NCBI GenBank assembly: GCA_051047955.1
Contig: JBPGPT010000002.1
Location: forward strand, 62,001 to 126,000
Length of the DNA stretch: 64,000 nucleotides
Direction: 5' to 3'
DNA from: Cystobasidiomycetes sp. EMM_F5
Taxonomy: Eukaryota
Shown piece after piece: positions 50,001 to 62,319 of this stretch (positions are counted from its first letter, which is position 1; every line of letters begins with the position of its first letter). The notes under the pieces were generated by a model, which searched no databases, was not told where the DNA came from, and saw only the letters and a list, made by a program, of their open reading frames with translations. Both the position numbers and the translations under genes were made by a program.

Positions 50001-50186
50001 GGTCAGCGTGCTGCAAGGCGTGCAGCTAGGGCTGCAAGACGAGCTCGTCATGGGCGCATTCCGGAACACCAGTATAATTCAGATGACGAGATGGTCACGC
50101 AGTCTCGCATTCATCACTATGCAAATGGAAGAGCGACCATCGTGCCCACCATCTTCATCTCGGCAGCGTCCCCCGTCAATGTCTAG
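47087..50186 (+). CDS. Large Ser/Thr/Pro-rich hypothetical protein, two exons (47087-47527, 47808-50186)
   Basis: Exon 1 is exactly 147 codons and ends at donor GAG|GTTAGC. It joins in phase 0 to the 792-aa ORF, giving DDQYSSLEE|MLSKKGFEKCRVVTP. Confidence 0.7.
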
Positions 50187-50870
50187 AAGACGGTCGCACG
50201 GACGGAGATCAACGTTGGCGTATCTATCTGATACGCTAGGCTGGGTCGGAAAAGTCACTTCATCCGAACTAGGCCTTTACATATGCGCGCGCTCGTGAGT
50301 AATGTTTGTTTCGCCATTACGAAGACGCGTACTGAAATGCTTTGTCCAGACGATAACCAACAACCAATGTCATCCAATGCATGTGGCTACTCCACATTTA
50401 GTAATTATATGTTGGACACCTTTCTCTCCATCATGCACTGGATTTCCCACTACCTTCCTTTTGCTTTCTACATAGACTATTTGAACAAGTTTTAGAGCAT
50501 TTCGTCAATCTACGCTTTACGCGTTTTCCGCTCGTCCATGTAGCCATCGTCAGCGTTGTGCTGTGTTGGCAAAACAAACTTGTCTACCTGTCTGAGAGTC
50601 TCTCCACCTTCTTTGCGCCTTGCCAAGTTTTTACAGCTGCGGCGCTGTGACCAACATTGACGCGATTCGGCCGAGGTTGGTGACGGTGGGAAACGAAACA
50701 CGAGGCGGCAGAGCTTGAGTCTCTGCTGCTTCATTTACACACTCACTAGACTGCATACCACCCACTCGCATACTCGCATACCCTCATACTCTGCCATCAA
50801 AACGTTTACAGAAGCTGGCCTTCAATCTCGCACGCGGGGCCCGAACACCAAAAATTTAGCATCAAACAAA

Positions 50871-53072
50871 ATGAGCGGACATGGTCAAGCCCGCCCTGAG
50901 GGCAAAGGCACATTCATTAGGATTGATCCGTACGACCATCCGTCGCTGTGGACGCAGTGCAAGGTGAGTTGCATCTGGCTTCGTCTCTTTCAAGGCCCTG
51001 ATATTGAGTGGCCACAACAGTACAGTATTCTCTGGAAGATATGGCCTAGCATGGGTGGGTTGCGCGTGCATTTTGGACCCATTTTGCGTCTGATTGTGTG
51101 CTTTTTGGGCTCCGTTCATCAGTGGCATTCACCCTAATCGCGGTGGCAGTCATCCTCATCGACTACTTTGTAGTCGCAATCAACTTGGCAATTCCCTCAA
51201 CTATGTTGACGGTTCTCGGTACGGTGCTGGGTTTTACAATATCGTACAGGACGTCGTCTGCGTACGAACGATATATTGAGGGACGGAAGCTCTGGCAACA
51301 GATCCAGACAGCAACGCGTCTGGCTTCGCGAATCATCTGGATGCATGTGCCAAACTCGACTACAATCGAAGAATTGACAGGAGAAAAGAAGGCGCTTGAT
51401 GCAGCCAAGGCTTTATTGGAGAAGAAGGTGTGTTTGATATATTTTCTGATTGTTCTCGTCTGATTACGGATTTGTCGCAGACCATGCTCAATCTCCTCGA
51501 GGCGTACGCAGTTTCCGTAAAGCACTACCTTCGCGGAGAGACCGGCATCCATTACGAAGATCTTTACCACCTGGTTTTGTTTCTGCCCAAGGTAGACATA
51601 AGGATTTATGCAATGGCTTTTCGCGACTGATCGTGTTGCGAAATGCTAATCTACAGTATCAGTTCCCTGGAGGAACGCCAATCCGTCGAGCAGAACTTGG
51701 TAACGCGCCACAGCCAGACTCAATCTCACGCTCTGCTGGGCCGTCTCTCGTCAATACGCCCATGTATGACGAAGACAAGAAGCTCGATACCTCAGATAGC
51801 GCGGCGATTGATCGTGTGCGCTTTCGGGGAACGAAGTCACGAGCTAACACTCAAGACACCCATGCTTCGAAAGATTCGACTGCATCGAGTGTCAAATTCG
51901 GTCCGCGACATCCGGACAAGCCACTGCTGCCGGCACATTGCCCTCCATCCTTCAATCTCATTGACGATGTCTTCCCTGTGCTGGCACCCATCCGCTCACT
52001 GTTCAAGTTCGGCCGCAATCAAGTAGTCAAGCTAATGGATGATGGTGCGCCCCAACGCAAGAAGCGCAAACACAAGAAGGATGTCTACACTGGACAGAAT
52101 ATTCCTGTCGAGATCAATCTACACATCAGTAGTTGGATTAGCGCACTTCAGCGGCGGAAGGTTGTGGATGTAGCCACAATCAATGCTCTGTTGGCTCCAA
52201 ATGCCTCACTTGCCGAAGCCCTGTCTGGATTGGAGCGTGTTCTCACTAGTACGTCTTTGTTTGGGCCTTTTGATTGTCTTGCCACGGTGTTTCTGACCTC
52301 TCATTCCCTGGCAACTTGGTTGGCACCTACAGCCCCGATCCCCTTCGCTTATGCTGTCCACTTGAAGCACACGGCCTACATCTACCTCTTCTTTCTGCCA
52401 TTCCAGATTCTGGGAACGCTCAATTGGGTGACGATTCCCGGTGAGCAGGTCGGGGTAGCTACAGAGCATTCCGCGCGCTAACAGTATAATGGATTGGCAG
52501 CACAAATGGTGGCTAGCTTCATCTTTCTTGGATTCCTTGAAATTTCGAATCAAATCGAGGTAAGCAACCGCCTTGTTGTATATTGACAAACTCGACCGGG
52601 CCTCACATTGTGGGCGTATTGTCACGTTTGGCTGGATAGCAACCGCTGGGTTATGACAGCGCGGATTTGGACATGGGAATGTTCTGTGACTCGATCCGAA
52701 AGGAGTTGCGCGGTAAGCTGATGATGGTCCGAGCAGTGTCTGAGACTGCCCCGATTCCTGAGGCGATTATAACGTGCTTCTGCAGAACTCTCATCAATGC
52801 CTCCCCAGGACCCTGCCGATTTCTTCTTCTGTCCCTTGAATGAACCTCTCGCCCCGATGGATGTTCGGTCAACGTCGGATCTAGTCCAAGATGAGGTAAC
52901 GGTCGAGGATATTCAAGAATCGCTATCAAAAGGCCACGGCGAACATACCCATGGCATATCGCGGTCCTTCACTGAAGCTCAGCGGTCAAGATCCATTACG
53001 CAAGACCATACTGCCATTGTCATGCAGTCTCTCCCGCAAGTCAAGCGCGAAGACGTGCCGCATGACGAGTAA
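50871..53072 (+). CDS. UPF0187/YneE bestrophin-like anion channel
   Basis: LGTVLGFTISYRTSSAYERYIEGRKLW, VKHYLRGE, LSGLERVLT|TPIPFAYAVHL, QIEQPLGYDSADLDM. Confidence 0.88.
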
Positions 53073-53364
53073 GAGCGCAGTTTGGTAACGCAATGGCGCG
53101 TACGAGTCTTTCGAAAGCTTCAGTAGCAGTGCTTTAAGACAATGTATTGGAGTATCGTGTTTCTGCTTCGCTACTATCTGGAACAATACTGTCCTGCTGT
53201 CCTATCTTTTCAAATTAGGCCAAGCTTGGCTTTTTTTCTCTGCATCACTATTGACACTGCAACATATCCTAGTAAAACCATGCCATCAACATGCAATGCT
53301 TTCCAATCACAGTGTCATAATACGCCAACGACGGGTACGATGGCCGAAGTAGGTTCAGATTACT

Positions 53365-55013
53365 TCACCTCCGAATCGCTTGCCGCATTCCGATTCTCGG
53401 AGGATTTAGAGCAGCGTTGACGGTCGAGCCAAAGTCGTAAACGGTTTCTACATTTCGTAAGAATGGGTCTCCAAGCTGATACGTGATTGACGTGAGGGCG
53501 CCATTCTGGCCAGCAATGGGCGAACCGGCCTGTGCTTGGAATTGACAGCCTGTGACTGCTTGACCACCTAGTCCTAGTGAATCAAGAGCTGCCAAGGACG
53601 GAACGAGGGTTTCGTTTCGGTTCAGCGTATAATTGGCTCCTCTGTTGGATGGCATTTCAGATCAGATCATTTCAACCGTTTCCGTAGAAGTCAGTTCAAG
53701 GGCAACTTACGCGAATTGGAAGATCAAGTCAAAGCGCGATGTACAGGGTATGGTACTGCCAAGTCTGTTTCCAGCGTACGCGGTTGTAATTTGGCTCATT
53801 ACATCGCTGGGTAGAATCATTGTTGGGTTGCCAGAGTCGATGAGTGCTAGGTAACGATTCCCATCGATAGTCGCGGACGCCTGAAGACGTGTGCTGTTCA
53901 GTCGTCGATCGTTGACTAGAAAGAAGGGAGTAAAGGTCAATCTGTGCTTCTGACGCGGATGGAGTCTGGATGTCTCACAGTAAATCGCTTCGAGGACTGC
54001 AGTCCACCTGTAACCTGTTGCGTTAGGATACCCAGCTTGGACGTAGGCCGGATTAATCTGCAGGTAGGGTACTTGAGAGAAGGAGAAGCTTGCTTCTGTT
54101 GTACCTTCGGGATAATCTCCAAGTGTCAGGTATCCAGCTGAGCGAGAGTAGGTGTAATTGACTGCTGTGTTTTGTGCAATAGGAGCTGCTGGATCCGGAT
54201 ACACTTCCAGACTAAACATCTGGCGGGGTATACTACCCTGCTGGTAGAGCATGTTGACGAAAGGATAGTAATTTTGCGATTGTGAGAGGGGAAGGAAGCG
54301 TCTCGTCGTGTTGTAGTAGTTATCTGTCACTTCGCGCCATATCGGGCTGGAGATGGGGAAACCTAAGCCGAGCAGGCCTGATGCGCCGATGGGTGATGAA
54401 GAATAGTATAGATTTGCGAATGACTGATTGCGGACGGATAGCCCCGTTCCGTTTATACTGAGCGGAGCAAGCTGGATAGCCCCTAGCGTGGATAATTGCC
54501 CGCTGGCTGTACCGCCATAGGATGCTCGATACGTGATGTTGGGGAGGGTAGTGAGGTTGACTGCAGTAGCATTATTGAAGAGCGGGGGACGTAGACTGAC
54601 AGGAACGCTGCTAGTTGTCAGAGGCTGCACGGAATATACGAACGTGCTTTTGGCGGGGAAATGTCAGAACGAGGGAGCAAAGCAAAGAGCGAGCAAGCTC
54701 ACTCTGTACTGCCAGTATCGAGCACCAGGTCCAAGTCTTGGCCCGCAAGGTTGACGGTGGCGATGTACCGGATATCTCTCCAGCTCAGAAGGTAAGCTTC
54801 GTCATCTGTAAGGTTTCTGTCCTGTCTCTTGATGCGATTGTACGATGACGACGACACAGACGGAGATTGCGCAAACGGTATGCGCAAGCTTTGACTCCTC
54901 GATTCTATGGGGGACCGCTCATTGAGCGTCGGGTACCCGGTCGCTGACCCAGCCAAAAGAGCAGTGGAAGCTAGGAGGAGGGAGCAGGTCTGGGCGAATA
55001 CTGAAGGGGCCAT
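53365..55013 (-). CDS. Secreted pepsin-family (A1) aspartic protease
   Basis: Signal peptide MAPSVFAQTCSLLLASTALLAGSATG; LVLDTGST, GLLGLGF, ALIDSGNP, LGDPFLRNVETVYDF...RIGM; many N-glycosylation sequons. Confidence 0.88.
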
Positions 55014-55587
55014 TATTGCAGAACTGAATGAATTGATTCGATGCGATGCTTTTGATGGGAATGTACGACTTCCTCTCTTGCGATGTCAACGACCGAAAAG
55101 ACTGCCAAGAATGATGAGCCGAACTTTTTGCGCCAATAAAGACTAAGCGAGTGGGCTTTTCAATACACGCCCCGTGTCAGCTATTTGGACTGTGCAAAGC
55201 TCTGTTACTGCCCGCTTCCTGCCGGACTCACCTGATGCCAAGTCGCAGCACACTTTACACGTTACCGGTCTATGCGTGACCGCGTAAAACGGAGCACGAC
55301 TGGATGACGGCGTGTACGTGCGGACAGTGACAGCAGAGACAGAAGAGGCTGCTGGCAGTTGCAAAGACAACAAACAGACGGGCAAATGCAATTGGAAAGA
55401 CAACTTCAACCTTGGCTGCTGCGTGCTGCGGTTCGCCGGGTCAAAAAGATCGGGACCCATTAGGCAGGTCTCGCCGTTTTGATGCCGTCAATAGGGGTGA
55501 TTACTGCTGTATTGAGGTGCAATGACGACGCTACATGTGTATGTGTGCATACACCCTACTTCCCGGGTTGTGCGTCTGCGCTCCCAT

Positions 55588-56106
55588 TCACGCTACGGCT
55601 CCCTTTTGAGCGACAATCTTGACCTTGCTGACGGGTCCCAGCAAGTCGCCTCCGTCGAGTTTGAAGGTAGCATCGCGCAGTGAGAATGTCCAGACCTGTG
55701 AACACATCCAAGTTAGCGTGGGAGCCCGTGCACTAGGTCTCCTGGCTCACCTCGTCACACAATCGATACACCTGGAGCTTTGCCTTGACTGTGCATTTGG
55801 CACGCACTTGGTTTGTGACGGTCAACGAGGCCTGCTTGTCAAACTAAGAAAGACGACGATACATTAGCCGCAGATACGCACACATCCGCTCAGACCCATC
55901 GAACCGACCTCATCGACGACCTTTTTGGCGAGTTGCGGTGGGATATGGCCAGATTCGATGAGTTCGTCCAGCGCATCCATCAAGGCCATTCCGATTGAAC
56001 TACGACGGTACAGTTGGTAGTACTGTGGTGGTAGATTGGCAGCAGCAGCGGCGTTGTTTGCGTTGCCCGCAGCATTACTGCCCCCAGCTCCTGCGCTCGA
56101 AGCCAT
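55588..56106 (-). CDS. TOA2: Transcription factor IIA gamma (small) subunit
   Basis: [41 protein letters not shown]...YRLCDE|VWTF...KVKIVA. Confidence 0.92.
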
Positions 56107-56291
56107 GGGTGTTGGTTGGGTATTCCTTCACGCGAGCTTGCTCATGACCATCCGCAGTGCGACTGTGCGGTGTCCTACAGCGTATGCAGTGAAGCGTGCA
56201 GTTGTTGTGGTTGATCTAATCCAAAGCAATGATCTTTGTAATCGAAGTGGCCTATCACAATCACCAACTTGCTCTTTCCCGCTCCGAGCAT

Positions 56292-57222
56292 ATGCACCTC
56301 GTCCGTACACCTCTATACAGACTCAGCCTCACGGTGAAGCCAGCAAACATTATCAGTCGACCTCTGTTTGTCGCAGCAGCAGCAGGTCTCGCGGGTGGCG
56401 TATCCTACTTTGCTCTGCATCATCACCGGCCATCAGTGTCGACGACGAGCAGCACCAACAGCAGCTTCTTGAACAAACTGGGTAATTCATTCTCGACATC
56501 CTTTGCGGGCGTAAAGATGCCAGAAAAGCAGTACAAGTGGGTCGCATAGCCGTCATGGGGATCGGGGGATCTGGTTTGCATTACAAAGATGGTGCTAACG
56601 TGCCTCGGCACTCTACCAGCGTCAACAAGTCTGAGGAGGAATGGAGAGTCCAGCTATCGCCGCAGCAGTTCAAGGTGTTACGCGGCAAAGGGACGGAAAT
56701 GCCCGGTACAGGCGAATTTGACAAGAAGGTAGGACAATCTTAACACTCCGCGAAACATCACCCGCTAACGTATGCTCACGCCTACCTCGTCTCTCGTACG
56801 ACTTGGCCCACAAAAACAGTCTCCCACAAAGGGAGTATTCAATTGTGGCGCATGCGATGCACCCCTGTACAATTACGACAGCAAATTCAAGTCTGGTAAG
56901 TTGTCCATACCCTCTGCTATCCATTTATCTCCGCTGATCTCATTGTCCTTTTCGTTGACTAACGACTGATTGCGTTTCTCGTGCATCTACAGGATGCGGC
57001 TGGCCAGCCTTCTTTGCCGAGATCCCAGGTTCAGTAGACCGACACACGGATCGCACTCTTGGAATGTCTCGAACTGAGATTGTATGCGCAAATTGTGGTT
57101 CCCACCTCGGTCACGTCTTCAAGGGAGAAGGCTTTGGTGGCGAGGCAGACGAGCGACACTGTGTCAATAGCGTCTCGCTCAAGTATGACGAGAGCGCTAC
57201 CCCCGTGCCGCAGAAATATTGA
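56292..57222 (+). CDS. msrB: Peptide methionine-R-sulfoxide reductase (MsrB/SelR); in-frame second ATG at 56517
   Basis: KSEEEWRVQLSPQQFKVLRGKGTE, CGAC...LY...SKFKSGCGWPAF, RTEIVCANCGSHLGHVFKGEG, RHCVNSVSL (Zn-binding CxxC pairs and catalytic Cys). Confidence 0.95.
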
Positions 57223-57378
57223 AATTGGGATAAGATACTAGCTTGAAAATCGACTGTAGCGCTTAGGTATGTTTTCTGCCACTCGATGAGCCATATGATC
57301 TTCCTCGCCGTTACAACAAAGCCTTGAAAATGATGACAACATGGACGACTTGACGTATACAACAGTAAAAGTCCTGAC

Positions 57379-60300
57379 TTACGGGGAACTCGCTCCACTT
57401 GTGCGCCGAGGCCTGTGCGGATAGTAGGTATACCTGCTTGCATTCGCCCTCTCGTCCTCGTCGAGATCGCTGTCATCATCGTCGCTGTGCAGCGCGTCTG
57501 TGTCGTCCTCATGTCGACTGGATTTCCTACTCTGAGAGGGCTCGCTTCCATCCCTCGCCCATGCTGCTGCGCTGTTGGCAATATACTCAGCTTCATCCCT
57601 CAAGCCGGCTCCACTTCCTGCGCTACGTCGTCCGCTCGTCCCAGTTTGTCGTGCAGGGGTAGGACTTCGCATGCGCTCGATGCCGTTCACAGCAATCCGT
57701 TTTGTGACATTCTGTAAGTCTCGCCATCGCCGCCTGATATCAATGGCAATCGCGCCAGAGGACGACAGATCCAGATCGAGCGGTTCCTGCACAGCTTCTA
57801 GATCCTCGTTGGATGGGAGAAGATTGCTTGTCGCCACTCTGTACTCTTTTCTTTCGGCTGGCAGCCAAGGCGTAGGTAGCCTGCCGCTGATGGCGGGATG
57901 ACGATAGCGTATTTGGCCGGTACTGCGACATGGCAAAACGACATCAGCCGGCGCTGCGAACTGCCAAAGCATAGTTCGACATACTTGAGAATACCATAGT
58001 ACGCTTCGGACATCGGGGGTTGCGCATAATCCGTCTTACTGTCCTGTTTGACGACGTACATTCGCTCTTCACTTCTCTCGTATCGGCCTCTGTTGAGTTC
58101 GCTTTGCCGTTGCGAGACAGGGTGCCCTTTTCGCAATCGAGCGATATCGTCGGCTAGTGCCCCCGCTTCGTACAGAGTATCGTCGGAATAACGAGCTCGC
58201 TTGACCTCCTCCGCTTGCGATAGATTGACATAATCTGATAGGGATGCAAAGCGGTTGTGAATATACCAGGAGATGTATACAGTTGAGAAGAGTAACGGCA
58301 ATAGCAGAAGCGATAAGAGTGTTGCTTCTCGCAACGCGAGCAAGCCGGTCATAAAGATCTGGAAGCTGTTCAAGGTATTCAATTGTATTAGTAGTGAACC
58401 ATCCATACTCATTGAGGAGACCTACATGACAAGACCCCAGCAAACTCGCGTAAAGGACAGAGGCCAGGCTTGCCCTCTAGATTCATATGGCTGGAAGTTC
58501 ACGAATAACAGCTTGTACTGTAGATTGCCCATCTTTTCAGTCTGGACGCCAGTGCTTGAACACGAGGCTTACCTTGTACACGAGATAGCCGAGACCGAAG
58601 TACGCCGCGCCTGCAGGTAGAAAGGTAAGCTAACAGCACATGCTGGAGACGATGACTGCTGACCAAATAAGAGTATCATAGGCGCTATGACGGAGTATGT
58701 TATACAGATCAGGAACACCAGCAAAGCCTGCGGGTATACCGTGCCCAGACTGAGAGGAGGAGGTGTATTTAGCTCCGCAAAGTCTAGTAAATACAGGCGA
58801 GATATCAGCTGTGTGAAACACCGGCTTCGTCCGGTAGACTCACCTCGCGGCGTGCGTGTGTAGAACAAACGGTAGATCCACCTCGGGAAGAGGACTGGCA
58901 GCTGAAGCAGCTGCAGTGGCATGAGTCCTATGCCGGCAAGCATGACATAGGAGATGAAGAAGCCGCGTCCACTTGGCAGTGAGAGAGCAAGCTTGTTGAC
59001 GAATTTCATGGGCTGATCGGCCAAATCTCTTGCCAGATCAACCGTCGTTACCGTCACAAAGAGGAAGAAGACGTTGACAACCAGGAAGAAGTGATATTTG
59101 ACCAGCAATGAGTACTCTATCTCTGTTCGGGATCGACAACCTTGCAGGATGGACAGCCAATCCAGAATGAATGGCAACAGGCCATTGAAGCTGATGAGAG
59201 CTAGGGAAGGAAGCGAGTTTTGCACTAGCACCTGAATTCGCTCGCTGTAGACCGGTTGCTGTCAGCTTGGCCAAATCCTTCATTTCGACGAAAGACTCTT
59301 ACTTTCTATCGATAAGCTTTGCTAGCCAGGGTGCATACTTCTTGATCGCCTCATAGCTCAACAAACTGGCTAACGCACCGACAGGAATCGCCCAGAAGAA
59401 GAGCAGAGCTACGACAGCCCCCAAGACGAGCAACCGACGCGTTTGAACCTCCGTGCTGGACAAAAGCATATTATGCCAATGTATATCACGAGGATCAGGT
59501 GCCAGCGCGGTGAACATGGCATTCGGTTGAGGATAGTGAGCTACTTGCGCGGCGATCTGAGCATCTGCAAGATCTTTAAATGTGACAAATGCCACGTTGG
59601 TGGGCTTGAAGCGGCCTGCCCTCCGTTTCCGTACTGCTTCGTCTGCTACTCGGTACTGATGAGCGAGATGATCCAAAAGATCCGCCTTTGTATTCGTTAA
59701 CAATCTCGTGCGGAACGTCGGACGCTTCTTTCCATCGATCTCGAAGCGAGCAGTCGTCCCTGCTTGTCTTTCAGGATCATCTAGTCTTGCATTCTCGCCT
59801 TCGCCAGAGCCTGGCGTTTGTGGCGGTGTTGTTGCGACAAGGCGACCCGTAACATCCTCATCCTGCAGTCGTGACCGCTCTGCATTATGCGCGCCTTCCT
59901 CTCTACCTTCTCTACTTTCAGTAATCTGCTTGGCAATTTCATCGCGATTGTAACCCGACTCCATAGCTTTTTTGCTGACAGGATTACCGACATAGTTCAT
60001 CCATGCAGCTTCTAGCTCGAGGAGCTTGGCGGTGCGATCTTCCAACAGTCGTCTGAGTCCTGATACCCGCCGACCTACTCCGACCGATTCGACAGTCATT
60101 CCGAGGTCCTCCCAATACTTGGCCAGCACCCTTTCTGATTGTAACTGGGATGGCAGGGCGGTAATAACGACAGTACGCGCAGGTGCGGATAGCGCATGAT
60201 CGAGAGAGAAGAGTTGACGCTGCGAAGTCTAATGTCAGCTTGTTCATTGACAAAGGCAGCAATTTACATGGCTTACAGTATGAATGAAGGAACGGTAGTT

Positions 60301-61157
60301 TTCGTAGAGCTGGTAGAGCGCCAACAATGAGAAGATATAGGTGAAAATGAGGTCTAAGGGCAATAAAGTCAGCTGAAGACAGCGATTCGGTCTTCTTGCA
60401 GGCAATTATACGAACGAGACGTCAGGTAGAGAGTGGTGCCATGGTAAGCGGGGTCGGACTGATGCTTCTTCCCGAGCATCTGAAGGTATAGATTCTTGTA
60501 TTTTTCATCATCTGGATCAGATGACGGCGGGGGCAGGCCCTCTGTCGTCCCGTTCTCGCGATAATTTATAGGAACCAACGCCACAGCAGCGAGTACAGAG
60601 CATGCTGTAAAGAAGTAGAATGATGATTTGAAGAAATTCAGCAGCTTTAAAATTCGGTATATCAGCACAGTGTCAGCGAGTAGCATAGCCTTGACGCAAA
60701 TGAAAACTGCCTACGACAGCTGCATCCAACCCGACAATTTGTAGGACGGTGAATTCGCTTGTTCTCAGAGTCGGCAGGATCCAGCCAAAGAATGTGTTTT
60801 TCGAGTGGACTTCGTGCGGGGAGAAGCCTGCAACTGCGCGTTAGCAGTATTTCTAGGTTGACTCGAGTTTGGCTACCGACCCTGCAGCAGCGTTCTTGGG
60901 GCATACAAGACCTTTGACCTTGTCCTGAGAAAGCAGAATACCAGAAACGACAGGATCCCGACGAAGGCTGCGATACTGAGCTGCGTTTGCAGCCACGGCC
61001 CTGCCCAACAGAGCGTTCAGCCAAAACTTGACTTTGTGCATTTCGAAGAATTGTCGTCATTACCTTGTAATCTACTAGCCTGGTCCTGCCCGCTGCCCGG
61101 CAATGGCGACGCCTGAGCAGCCCAATACAGAGCTTCTGCCGTCGTCGAAGGCAGCAT
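57379..61157 (-). CDS. OSCA/TMEM63/CSC1 (RSN1/PHM7-like) calcium-permeable mechanosensitive channel
   Basis: Spliced GPWLQTQLSIAAF...FLRTRSKVLYAPR, VGLDAAV, AFVTF, APDPRDIHWHN, YPQALLVF...YSVIAPMILLFG, HPAISGRLPTPWLP. The start could alternatively be 61208. Confidence 0.9.
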
Positions 61158-61259
61158 AAGTTCAGGTTGGTGCAAGACGACAGCGCTCACAACCTCAAGC
61201 CAGCTCATAAGCAGGCTGATCGATGCAGCACTCGTTGTCTTTTGGTCAACACGACAAAT

Positions 61260-62202
61260 ATGCCCTCCTCTTCAAGCACAAGGCTGTTCGTTGGCAATCT
61301 CGCAGAGTCGCTCGACGAGTATGCGCTCGTCCACTTTCTCAGCAAACATGGCAAGATCTCCAAGTTTGATTATCTGTTTCACAAGGCTGGCCCGATGAAG
61401 GGCCGGCCACGCGGGTATGCTTTCGTAGAGTACGCAACTCCAGAGGTGGGTGTAATGGGAACATCTTCTCGTCTGACTCGCGCGACTGACGTTGTCATGG
61501 CGGCTATCTCCCACTCGCCACGACCCGGTCAGGAAGCTATGAGAACCATGCTCGAGCTGAATGACAAGCTTCTTATGGGACGAAGGGTGGCCATCAAGAA
61601 GGCCAACGAGGTAATCTGCAAAGGGTTCTGACTTGACATACATCTATCTGACTTTAGAGTCCAGGCTCCACAATACGACCAGACACCCCAGGCTAGAGGT
61701 TCCGGCTCCGGGCCTTGGCGTAATAACACAACCGTCAATCGGACTACAACGCTCTCATTGCTGAAAGGTCATACGAAGCCTCAGTCGTATGTTGTACCAA
61801 CCTCAACATTGCCGCACAAGCTGATGCATTTGTAAAAGCGATTCTGCAAAGATCAACGCTTTGGAGGCTAAATTGGCGAGAATGGAAGCAGAGAAGCAAG
61901 CAAGCGAATCGGAGAGGGAGATGTCCGTGGAAGCGGGGCCGGAACATAACCAGGCAGAGTCAAGCAATTCGAATGTCCCCTCCAAGACTGGTGGTTTGCC
62001 AAAGACTTTACCCATACCTGCGTCTGCCAATCTTCCGAAGCGGCCGACTGCAGACACTATCGCGACCGCAGAAAGGCTAGAAGAGGTGAATTCAAAGCGC
62101 GAGAACTCAGGGAGTCTACGTAATAAAGCTAGAGAAACGCAAAAGGAGACTCTGTCTGCGAAAGCGACGCTCGCAACTCTTGGTGCCAGTCTCAATCAGT
62201 GA
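61260..62202 (+). CDS. RRM protein, RBM18-like
   Basis: RNP2 LFVGNL, FDYLFHKAGPMKGRPRGYAFVEY (RNP1), KINALEAKLARME coiled coil. Confidence 0.8.
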
Positions 62203-62319
62203 TGACCAGCTGCACCGTCATCTAGTCTATATATTCAGCATCCGTTTGTTGTTGTCCTTTACGCGATTGAATGTAAAGCAAGCTTGTCGCCCTCTGACGC
62301 GTTAAAGCGTTTCCGCTCA

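Noticed and set aside
57161..57222. Selenocysteine MsrB or stop-codon readthrough
   Set aside because: The catalytic residue is an ordinary Cys codon (RHCVNS), and the terminal TGA has no readthrough context or PTS1 extension.
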